DNA of 64,000 nucleotides from Spirochaetales bacterium Spiro_05 (GTDB lineage Bacteria > Spirochaetota > Spirochaetia > Sphaerochaetales > Sphaerochaetaceae), in the NCBI GenBank assembly GCA_001603115.1, contig LVBG01000027.1, positions 26,638-90,637 of the forward strand, in the 5' to 3' direction. The notes beneath the pieces are model-generated. The model saw nothing but the letters and a program-made list of their open reading frames with translations, searched no databases and was not told the DNA's origin. Positions 9,376 to 17,338 of the stretch are shown here, piece after piece (the first letter of the stretch is position 1; every line of letters starts with the position of its first letter). The translations under genes and the position numbers were made by a program.

Positions 9376-10394
9376 AAGCTGTAGCTGAATCCGACGCGCA
9401 TTGGCTCAAGGGCAAAACGCAGATCAGAATCCGTGATATTCCACAGCATCTCAAGCCCTGCCTGGTAGAAGAACCTGAATTGGTGCGTTATGGCATAGGA
9501 TATGCCTGCGTTCAGTTTGGCACGCATGCCCCAGCCATTGTTGGCTCCGAGGAAGAACGATGGACCGAGTGAGATGGAGAGGGGGAAGGACAAGGCCTCT
9601 TCCTTATTGATCGTCCACGTTCCGGTTGCCATCAAGCTGATTTGCTGATCTCCATCCACCTTCGCATACTCTGCCATGCCGCCGAAACTGAACATGCCAT
9701 CCCCGTTTTTAAGCACTTCAAGCTGCACATCGAAGCCTCGCTCGGGGCCGGGCCACTGGAAATCGATGAATGAAACCGAGGCGCCCACTGTCCACGTAAG
9801 CGGGGTGGGGTCGAATTCGGTGCGACTGGTTGGAATGACCGGAGTTGCGGGAGCTTTGGGGGTAAGGATCATTTTCTCAGGTTCTGCTGGAACTTCCATC
9901 GGTACATCAGCTACTTCTGCAACCTCGATAATCGGTTCTTGCTCAAGGGTTGGCGCCGGCAGTACCTGATTCTGCTCAGGCTCAGCAGCAGGTATCTCGA
10001 CAAAGGTGGGTGCAAACGGGATGGGGACTGCAGGGGTGCTTTGTGCGCGACGTGCGAAAAGTGGGGAGGTGATCAGGGTGCTCACCGGGGGAGGAAGTAC
10101 CTGCTCAACAGGCTTTGGCTCCTCAAGTACCGGCTTTTCCCCGATGATCGGCTGCGGAGGCTGTACTGGTGTCTCTTGGACCGGTGAAGCCAAAGCCACC
10201 GGTGGTGCGGGCTCGATTGTGCTCTCAGGTTCTTGTGGCTTGGTTGTTTCTGTGATCGGTTGCTGGACCAACGTCTCTTGCTGCACTTCTTGGACCATGA
10301 CAGGAGTTTCACGGATTTCGAAGTACCAGTAGGTACCTCCAACCGCTGCCAGGGAAGCGACGACTATCAACGCTATTGACCAGATCTTGTTCAC
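9372..10394 (-). CDS. N-terminal anchor + Pro/Glu-rich linker + predicted C-terminal beta-barrel
   Basis: Hydrophobic N-terminus; long low-complexity P/E/T/V linker; amphipathic strands ending VGFSYSF; AAGGAG RBS. Confidence 0.7.
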   Translation of the reverse strand: MNKIWSIALIVVASLAAVGGTYWYFEIRETPVMVQEVQQETLVQQPITETTKPQEPESTIEPAPPVALASPVQETPVQPPQPIIGEKPVLEEPKPVEQVLPPPVSTLITSPLFARRAQSTPAVPIPFAPTFVEIPAAEPEQNQVLPAPTLEQEPIIEVAEVADVPMEVPAEPEKMILTPKAPATPVIPTSRTEFDPTPLTWTVGASVSFIDFQWPGPERGFDVQLEVLKNGDGMFSFGGMAEYAKVDGDQQISLMATGTWTINKEEALSFPLSISLGPSFFLGANNGWGMRAKLNAGISYAITHQFRFFYQAGLEMLWNITDSDLRFALEPMRVGFSYSF

Positions 10395-10589
10395 AACACA
10401 CTCCTTACATAAGGTGATAACAACATTGCAGGTGGTTTGAGTACAAGTCTAGCATGAGATATCGCCCTTGGTGGGAAGAAAGAAGGATTTTTCTTGGTCT
10501 TTTCATGCATTTCCCCCTTCTTGGGGACCTTTGTCTGAGAATGGCAGGCAGCATGAGCGCATGGTACGCTCCGAATCCGGAGGAAACCC

Positions 10590-11174
10590 ATGCGCATATC
10601 GTTTTCTGTCTTGTTGCTGCTTTTATGTCTTCCTCTCCCTGCCAGTGAGCCTGCGCTCTCGTTTTCCTGCGATCTTCTCTCAGCAGATGGACTATGGAAA
10701 GAGACCTGGAATGTGAGGCTTGAGGCACAGCTTGAGCTCAATGAGCAGTTCAGCCTCACCCTTCCGGTGACCTTGGCCGCTGATCGAGCCTATGGGGGTT
10801 CTACCTACCTCGAAGGCGGGATCTTTCTCGCCTACAGGCCCTTCTCCCTCCGTTCTTACCTGCTCATCTCCTTGGTGCAGATCGGGTATCTGGAAAGCTA
10901 TTTGTCCGAACAAGACCAGAGTGTTCTCTTTCTCCATGAGATGGGGCTTGGGTATCGGTTTGTCTTCCCCTTTGGCCTTGTTGCCGACCTCCGCCTCACG
11001 GTGCGCGATCCGAACGGGGTGTTCACAAGCGAATATGAAGAGCTTGTTTCTTGCTTTGGTGCATACGAGATGGTTCGTCTCTCCTTGCTGGTGGGGTGGT
11101 CGTTTCCTGTCCCTTCCCCCCTGTCCAAGGGGGGAGGAAAAACACTGGGGACAGGAGAAAGGAGTGCACAATGA
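10590..11174 (+). CDS. Secreted hypothetical protein, predicted small beta-barrel
   Basis: Signal peptide; alternating strands (GIFLAYRPF, MGLGYRF, LVGWSF); GGAGG RBS. Confidence 0.6.
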   Translation: MRISFSVLLLLLCLPLPASEPALSFSCDLLSADGLWKETWNVRLEAQLELNEQFSLTLPVTLAADRAYGGSTYLEGGIFLAYRPFSLRSYLLISLVQIGYLESYLSEQDQSVLFLHEMGLGYRFVFPFGLVADLRLTVRDPNGVFTSEYEELVSCFGAYEMVRLSLLVGWSFPVPSPLSKGGGKTLGTGERSAQ

Positions 11175-12019
11175 TACGAACAATCGGAAGATGGACACTG
11201 GTCATGGTTCTGATCATCCCCCTCAGTGGTTGCTCAATGGCGTTTCAGCCACAGAGCAAGGCGAGGATCAATGACGATGAACTGTTTCCTGCGGTGCGAG
11301 AGATGATCGAGGAGCAACAGGAAGTGGTAATGCCCTATCTTGGTGAGGAGATTGAGCGCGTGTTGGGCAGAGGTATGTATGACGCGCACCAGGTGGTTGA
11401 ACAGACCCTGGGAGAACTGCAGGGGAGGGAGTATCTGGAGTTCTGTTATGTGGTGGGACATAGCGAGAGCGAGGAGGATGTCCAGAAGGTGGTCTCCTTC
11501 GCCCACGGTTTGTTGGATGAAGCGCAACGCCTCGAACTGGACATGAAACTTGAGCAGACACGAAGCCTGCTCATGGCCGAAGCTGAGGTTCATGCACGTG
11601 CTTTGGCTCCCAGCCAACGTGCCCCATTCTGGAAGGATATGCAGAAACTGGTGACCCGCACCCTGGTGCTCTTCACCGCAGGGGTGGTGTACGCCTGTAT
11701 CCCGAAGGTGGTGTTCTGGGGGAAAGTCTCGGCTGCCACGGCCATTGCGGTGGCAACCGGGGTGGTTGCCAGCAGTGTCATGTCCATTTGGCGCTACTAC
11801 CAGTTTGGGGGAAGTGCAGACCAGGCCTTCGGAGAGTGGCTTACCAGTGTGACCACCGAACCCGAACTCTCCTACGCCCTCGCTGCAAGTGTGATGGCGG
11901 TGGGCAACACCCTGAAACGAGGAGCGGTGGTAACGGGTATCATCATCTGTGTCTTTGCTCTCTACAATGTGGTGGACATGGTCAAACCGATGTTGAATAC
12001 CTACAATTTCACCGTCTGA
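11171..12019 (+). CDS. Hypothetical lipoprotein with a hydrophobic C-terminal half
   Basis: Lipobox PLSGC; ATGA overlap with the upstream gene; several Ala/Val/Gly-rich helices. Confidence 0.65.
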   Translation: MIRTIGRWTLVMVLIIPLSGCSMAFQPQSKARINDDELFPAVREMIEEQQEVVMPYLGEEIERVLGRGMYDAHQVVEQTLGELQGREYLEFCYVVGHSESEEDVQKVVSFAHGLLDEAQRLELDMKLEQTRSLLMAEAEVHARALAPSQRAPFWKDMQKLVTRTLVLFTAGVVYACIPKVVFWGKVSAATAIAVATGVVASSVMSIWRYYQFGGSADQAFGEWLTSVTTEPELSYALAASVMAVGNTLKRGAVVTGIIICVFALYNVVDMVKPMLNTYNFTV

Positions 12020-12106
12020 ACCGGGTTGCTCGGGATGAGTACAGGTTGCTCCTCCTCTTGGTTTGTGGGATACTGGGAGGGACTCGAAATGAGGAAGGAG
12101 TAGCAT

Positions 12107-13348
12107 ATGCACAGTCAACTTGCCAAGGAAATTCTCGAGCGGTTTCTCCGCTATGTTGTTATAGATACCATGAGTGATGAGGAGGCGGTGGTCACCAAGC
12201 GCCCTTCCACCGATGGACAGTGGGATCTGCTCAATCTTCTTGCTGATGAGCTGAAGGGGATGGGCATCACTGACCTTGAGGTTGATGAGCATGGGGTGGT
12301 CATTGCCCGCATCCCGTCCAACATAGACCATGCGGTCCCCACGGTGGCCTTCATGGCCCATGTGGATACTGCCGATGATGTGAATGGCAATGGGGTAAAA
12401 CCCAGGGTGATCGAAGCCTATGACGGCAAGGACATCCCACTCAATGAGACCTATACCCTTCTTGCTGAGGAGAATCCTGAACTTGCAAACTATATCGGCC
12501 AGACGCTGATCGTCACCGATGGCACCACGTTGCTTGGAAGTGATGACAAGGCGGGAGTGGCAGAGATCATGAGCATCGCCCGCCATTTGGCAAGCAATCC
12601 CCAGATCAAGCACGGGGTGGTCGAGTTCATCTTCACCAGCGACGAGGAGACAGGTGCTGGTATGGACAGCTTCCCCTATGAGAAAATCAGCTGTGACTAC
12701 TGCTACACCATCGATGGTGGCAAGCGTTATGAGATTGAGAGCGAGTGTTTCAACGCTGCAACGGTGAAGGTGCACTTCAGCGGGGTAAGCTATCACCTTG
12801 GTGCCGCCCGGGGAAGGTTGGTCAACGCACTTACGATGGCCTCATTCTTCATCAACGCTCTTCCACAGGCCGAGAGCCCGGAAGCAACCGATGGGCGCTA
12901 CGGCTACTACTGTGCCCAGAACATCAGCGGAACCTCTACTGATGTAAATCTTACCCTCTACCTCAGGGATTTTGATCTCGACCAGCTGAACCGAAGGATT
13001 GAAGCGCTCAGAAGCCTGGCAAAGACGGCCGAAGCACTCTATCCCCACGGAAAGGTTGCCGTTGATGCCAAGCATGTCTACTACAACATGGCCCTGGTGG
13101 CGAAGAACAAGCCCTTCGCCATGGACAACCTGCTTGATGCAGGCAAGGAGCTGGGTATGGAGCTGAAGAGCGAACTGATCAGGGGAGGCACAGACGGGGC
13201 GAGAATGGCCAATGAGCGGAACATCCCCTGTCCGAATATCTTCACCGGTGGGCACAATCTTCACTCACGCTTCGAATGGGCTGCTCTTCCTGCCATGGAG
13301 GATGCTGCCCGTCTGATTCTCAAGATCATTGAGGTTGGATCACGTTGA
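12107..13348 (+). CDS. pepT: Peptidase T (M20B tripeptidase)
   Basis: AHVDT, DGTTLLGSDDKAG, DEETG, IRGGTDGA, GGHNLHSRFEW. Confidence 0.95.
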   Translation: MHSQLAKEILERFLRYVVIDTMSDEEAVVTKRPSTDGQWDLLNLLADELKGMGITDLEVDEHGVVIARIPSNIDHAVPTVAFMAHVDTADDVNGNGVKPRVIEAYDGKDIPLNETYTLLAEENPELANYIGQTLIVTDGTTLLGSDDKAGVAEIMSIARHLASNPQIKHGVVEFIFTSDEETGAGMDSFPYEKISCDYCYTIDGGKRYEIESECFNAATVKVHFSGVSYHLGAARGRLVNALTMASFFINALPQAESPEATDGRYGYYCAQNISGTSTDVNLTLYLRDFDLDQLNRRIEALRSLAKTAEALYPHGKVAVDAKHVYYNMALVAKNKPFAMDNLLDAGKELGMELKSELIRGGTDGARMANERNIPCPNIFTGGHNLHSRFEWAALPAMEDAARLILKIIEVGSR

Positions 13349-14310
13349 TGAGGCAGACTCTGCTTCTCTTGGGCTTGCTGGTGCTGCTCTCGCCTTTGGG
13401 TGCAGCAACGCTTGCTCTTGATGCCGATCCGACCATAGATGCCAAGGTTGTCTCCCTCGTTGAGCAAGCGTTGCGGCAGTCAATGCTCCCTCGCTTAGGC
13501 GCTGATGGTCAGTTGGATGCAAGGCTGGAAACCACCAAGGCGGTCCAAGCCTATCTTCTTACCCTCACCTATGGAGAGCGAAGCATCTTCCTGGACGTCG
13601 GCTATGAGGTGGAGACTCTGGGAGAACGGCTGGCAAGTCAGCTCGACCAGGATGGCCTTGCCTTGCTTGGTGAGCTGAAGCATCCACATCTCGAATACCG
13701 GCTTGGCAGTGGATTTGCAAGCTCTGACAAGCTGGAAGTTGGACATCCCTATTGGGTGTTGAATGGGCAGGGTCTGCGCGTCGGGCAGGTGGTGACAACC
13801 AAATACCATGCAGACAAGGAGCTCTCCTTTCTCTCCCAGCGCGGAGGAAAGCCCCTCGGGCTTGGAATGCAGCTTGTTGGGATGAGTCCCTTCTCTACCG
13901 CTCTTTCTGCATCGCTTGATCAGGCAGGCCGTTTTGGCATCGACGTGCGTCTCTCCTACGCGCTTGCACGGTATCCCTTCTATTTGGTTGCAAATGTGGG
14001 GTATGCACAGCCGGGATTGTCCCATGTCGATCTTGGGCTTCAATCCCTGATACCGCTTTCGCACCTGTTTGGAACCAAACATCACTTGGGGCGAACTCTC
14101 AGCTTGGGCGCACAAGCTCTGGTGGGTATCGGACTAGGTTTGGCTGAGTCGCTCACTCTACGCAGTGAAGGCTTGCTGTTTCTCTCCTATCAAATGGGGT
14201 CCTTTGCCCTGATGGTCGGGGGAGGCAACCGAATTGGTGCCGACTCGCTCGCTCTCGTTGAAGAAGGGCTTTTTTTCAGCGTGGGAACAGCGTACACTTA
14301 TACACCATGA
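13345..14310 (+). CDS. Secreted hypothetical protein with a predicted C-terminal beta-barrel
   Basis: Signal peptide ending LGA-A; amphipathic strands ending VGTAYTYTP; overlaps both neighbours (start may be ATG 13348). Confidence 0.6.
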   Translation: MMRQTLLLLGLLVLLSPLGAATLALDADPTIDAKVVSLVEQALRQSMLPRLGADGQLDARLETTKAVQAYLLTLTYGERSIFLDVGYEVETLGERLASQLDQDGLALLGELKHPHLEYRLGSGFASSDKLEVGHPYWVLNGQGLRVGQVVTTKYHADKELSFLSQRGGKPLGLGMQLVGMSPFSTALSASLDQAGRFGIDVRLSYALARYPFYLVANVGYAQPGLSHVDLGLQSLIPLSHLFGTKHHLGRTLSLGAQALVGIGLGLAESLTLRSEGLLFLSYQMGSFALMVGGGNRIGADSLALVEEGLFFSVGTAYTYTP

Positions 14311-15716
14311 AGCATCATCGAGTTGGCCGCTCTCTTCTGCTGATCATCCTCTGTGTTTCCCTTCTTGCCTCCTGCACCTCGTTCTCCGACTTGGTGAGAG
14401 CCCAGGTGGAAGGTTTGCCATCGTGGGTCTACTCCCCACAAAGTCGGAGTGGCCAGGTTTCTTTCGTCGGAAAGGGGAGTGCACCGCTCGCCTATAATGC
14501 ACGCTTGCTTGCCTATGAGGATATTCTTGCGCAGATCTCCTCGTATGTGGGTGAGGATGTGCGCGCAACCTACTATCGTGAACTCACCACCACCAATGCC
14601 ATTGCCGATTTCGGTCTGACCATCTCCAACGAGCACGAGCGGGGTGAGCAACGCTCATATCAGGTGTTTCTCCTTGCTCGTCTGAACGAAACGTTGTTGG
14701 TCAACCGAAGAAGTATCGTAGCAGAGCAGATTCTCAAGCGCGATGCCGCCATCGAGGCCTTGGTGCGCAGAGCAGACCAAGCCTACCGTGCCAATGATGA
14801 CACCCAAGCCATTCGTCTCTATCTTGAGGCTGCCCTCTTATCTACTGAGGGACCGGTGAATGTAAGGAAGCATGAGACCGCAGAGCTCGTGCTGAAGGCG
14901 CAAACCTTCATTGAAGCGCTTCGCTTCAGTTTCCGAAATGAACAGCCCGATGCAGCTACCGTCGATGTGTATCTGAGGAGGAAGAGCCGTCTGCTTGCCC
15001 CAAAGGTGCTCAATGCACGGGTTGATGCTAGCTTTGAGGCTCGTAACAGCCTTGGACGCAACTATACCGATTTTTTGCAGTTCAACACTTCCACCAATGG
15101 ATTTTTTCCCTTTGTTCCCTACAACCAAGGCTTGCTGAAAGAGGGGCAGGTGACCTTCAGGGTGGACTTCTCCGATTTGGTCCCCAGGCTTTCCTCCTCG
15201 CTCGCCCCTGAGTTTCTGAACCCGATTCTCTCTGCGATGGAAAGGGCGACCATCTCCTTCCCCTATGTGCTGAAGATGCGCTCTTTTGGCCAACTCATCC
15301 CTTCCTCGATCCAGGAGTACAGCATTGAAGGAGTGCTTCTTCCCGGTTCTCGCGCACTCTCCTCCTTCGCTCTGGAGCTGGGCCTGGATGGCGTCGCCAC
15401 AGAGAAGCTGGCACTCTCTTCGGCCGACTTGGAAGAACAGGTCGGTGAGATTCGCTCCCGTTTGCCAAAGGCAACGCAAGCGATTTTGGGAACCGTTGGG
15501 GTGGCAACCCAAGAGAAGGTGAGAGCAAAGTGGGTCGTGGTGGTCTCCGGACAGGTAGTCCTGTACGATCTGAACCCCCTGAAGGTGGTCTATGATAGTC
15601 AGGAAATCGAGGCTGTAGCCAGTGGTGCCACCTTCGAGGAGGCCCGTGACGAGGCCTTCCGCCGCTTCGGCTCGATCGCAAAATACCTGGTTGGGGCGTA
15701 CATGTTCAGAAATTGA
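14307..15716 (+). CDS. LPP20-like lipoprotein
   Basis: Lipobox LLASC; LPSWV...FVGKG...ARLLAYEDILAQIS; TPR-like helices. Confidence 0.6.
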   Translation: MKHHRVGRSLLLIILCVSLLASCTSFSDLVRAQVEGLPSWVYSPQSRSGQVSFVGKGSAPLAYNARLLAYEDILAQISSYVGEDVRATYYRELTTTNAIADFGLTISNEHERGEQRSYQVFLLARLNETLLVNRRSIVAEQILKRDAAIEALVRRADQAYRANDDTQAIRLYLEAALLSTEGPVNVRKHETAELVLKAQTFIEALRFSFRNEQPDAATVDVYLRRKSRLLAPKVLNARVDASFEARNSLGRNYTDFLQFNTSTNGFFPFVPYNQGLLKEGQVTFRVDFSDLVPRLSSSLAPEFLNPILSAMERATISFPYVLKMRSFGQLIPSSIQEYSIEGVLLPGSRALSSFALELGLDGVATEKLALSSADLEEQVGEIRSRLPKATQAILGTVGVATQEKVRAKWVVVVSGQVVLYDLNPLKVVYDSQEIEAVASGATFEEARDEAFRRFGSIAKYLVGAYMFRN

Positions 15717-16416
15717 ACAAGACTGCCAACTCTCCGGGCGTATTGCTGATGATTCCCATTACCCCTGCTTTGATCAAAAGCTGTGCAGTCGGCACGTCAT
15801 CCACCGTCCAGGTACAGATCTGATAAGCAGTCTTGAGTGCCTGCCCTGCCTGAGCCTGTTCAGGTTTGAGATAGGATGGTCGGGCAACATATCTGCCCAA
15901 GCCATGCTGCAACACCTTCGGTACCGAGGCATCGGTGCTGTAGATCAGTGCAGTGGGAATCTGTGCCCCTGATATGCGTTTGAAACGCAGCAAGGAGATT
16001 GGGTTGAATGAGCTTACCACCACCTTCTTTGCAAGATGATGGGATGTGATCGTCTTCAGCAGACGCTCCTCCAACCCAAGGGTGTGGATCGTTTCGCTCT
16101 TGATTTCCAGATCGTAGAGCAACTTGTCCTGGCACAGGGAGAAGACCTCATCCAGCAAGGGCAGTTCTGGATAGATTGCTTTGAGCTCAGCATAGGATAG
16201 TTCCGAGACCTTTGCATCCGTGCCTGTAACCCGCTTGAGATTGAAGTCATGCATGACCACCAGCTTCCCGTCAGCTGTTTGTTGCACATCCAGTTCTATC
16301 CCATCAAGACGGTCTTGGTGCAGGCAGGATGAGAACGATGCAAGGGTGTTCTCCTTGCCGCCGTAGCCGAGGCCGCGATGGCTATATAGATGGGGTCGGG
16401 CAAAAACCTCTTTCAT
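15706..16416 (-). CDS. Glycerophosphodiester phosphodiesterase
   Basis: SHRG, KENTL, IELDVQQTADGKLVVMHD, WTVD. Confidence 0.92.
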   Translation of the reverse strand: MKEVFARPHLYSHRGLGYGGKENTLASFSSCLHQDRLDGIELDVQQTADGKLVVMHDFNLKRVTGTDAKVSELSYAELKAIYPELPLLDEVFSLCQDKLLYDLEIKSETIHTLGLEERLLKTITSHHLAKKVVVSSFNPISLLRFKRISGAQIPTALIYSTDASVPKVLQHGLGRYVARPSYLKPEQAQAGQALKTAYQICTWTVDDVPTAQLLIKAGVMGIISNTPGELAVLFNF

Positions 16417-17258
16417 GATTGCGTCGCTCCTCTGATGCGCGCAACCTCAGCTTTCCACTTCCCGCTGTCCACCGTTTCCAGTACCAGTGGGATGTTGCAC
16501 AGCCTAGGGTCGGCTGCAATGGCATCAAAGCAGGCCCAGCCGATGGTTCCCTCTCCCAGGCTTTCATGCCGGTCAAGACGGCTGCCTGCTGCAGCTTTTG
16601 CATCGTTGAGGTGCATGCCGCACACCTTCTCAAGGCCGATGAGCTCATCAAAACGTGAAAGCACTTTCTGGAGCCCTTCAACGGTTGACAGATTGTACCC
16701 GGCGGCATGGAGGTGGCAGGTATCGAGACAGAATCCCACCCGTTCCTTGGTCCGGCACATCTCATAGAGACGGGCAAGCTCTTCAAGCGTACTGCCGAGG
16801 TTCGTCCCTTGTCCTGCAGTATTTTCGATGACAGCAATGGTATGCTCCGTGCTCTCAAGGGCCTCATCGATGCACTGGCCAACCAGTCGAAGACTCTCTT
16901 CAGGTTCCACAAGACCCAAGTGTGAGCCGGGGTGGAAGTTGAGCAACCTCAAACCCAGCTGTTCGACTCGCTGTAGCTCGTCTCTGAAGGCCTCAAGACT
17001 GATGGCTCTTTTCTCTGGATCTGGGTGTCCAAGGTTGATGAGATAGGAGTCGTGTACGAGAATCTGGTTTGGTTTGAAGCCCGCTTCTTCTGCTTTCACG
17101 CGAAAAAGGCTGGCCTGCTCGGGCCCAATGGGCTTGGCCTTCCACTGCCGCTGGTTCTTGGTGAACATGCCCAAGGCATTGCACTCAAGCTCCTTTGCAC
17201 GGTCGAATACCAAGTCCAACCCTCCTGCGATGCTGAGATGGGGTCCTACGGTATGCAT
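16413..17258 (-). CDS. nfo: Endonuclease IV
   Basis: HLSIAGG, YLINLG, FHPGSH, IENTAGQG, CLDTCH, HLNDAK, DRHE. Confidence 0.95.
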   Translation of the reverse strand: MHTVGPHLSIAGGLDLVFDRAKELECNALGMFTKNQRQWKAKPIGPEQASLFRVKAEEAGFKPNQILVHDSYLINLGHPDPEKRAISLEAFRDELQRVEQLGLRLLNFHPGSHLGLVEPEESLRLVGQCIDEALESTEHTIAVIENTAGQGTNLGSTLEELARLYEMCRTKERVGFCLDTCHLHAAGYNLSTVEGLQKVLSRFDELIGLEKVCGMHLNDAKAAAGSRLDRHESLGEGTIGWACFDAIAADPRLCNIPLVLETVDSGKWKAEVARIRGATQS

Positions 17259-17264
17259 AGGCAC

Positions 17265-17293
17265 ACGCTAGCTCTGATGACGAGGGTTGTCAA
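17265..17293 (-). promoter_or_regulatory. nfo promoter, leaderless geometry
   Basis: TTGACA-17 bp-TAGCGT, then 6 nt to ATG 17258; no SD. Confidence 0.6.
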
Positions 17294-17338
17294 TCATCAG
17301 CGCTCGTGCTAGTGTCCTGTCATGAGGAGTGCCCAGGC

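Noticed and set aside
9800-10300. Pro-rich stretch suggesting TonB or a tandem repeat
   Set aside because: No TonB C-terminal motif and no nucleotide-level periodic repeat
12046-12106. Anti-SD pairing TGCTCCTCCTC with the pepT RBS
   Set aside because: A candidate -10 (TGgGATACT) lies between the arms, so the 5' arm may not be transcribed; evidence too weak
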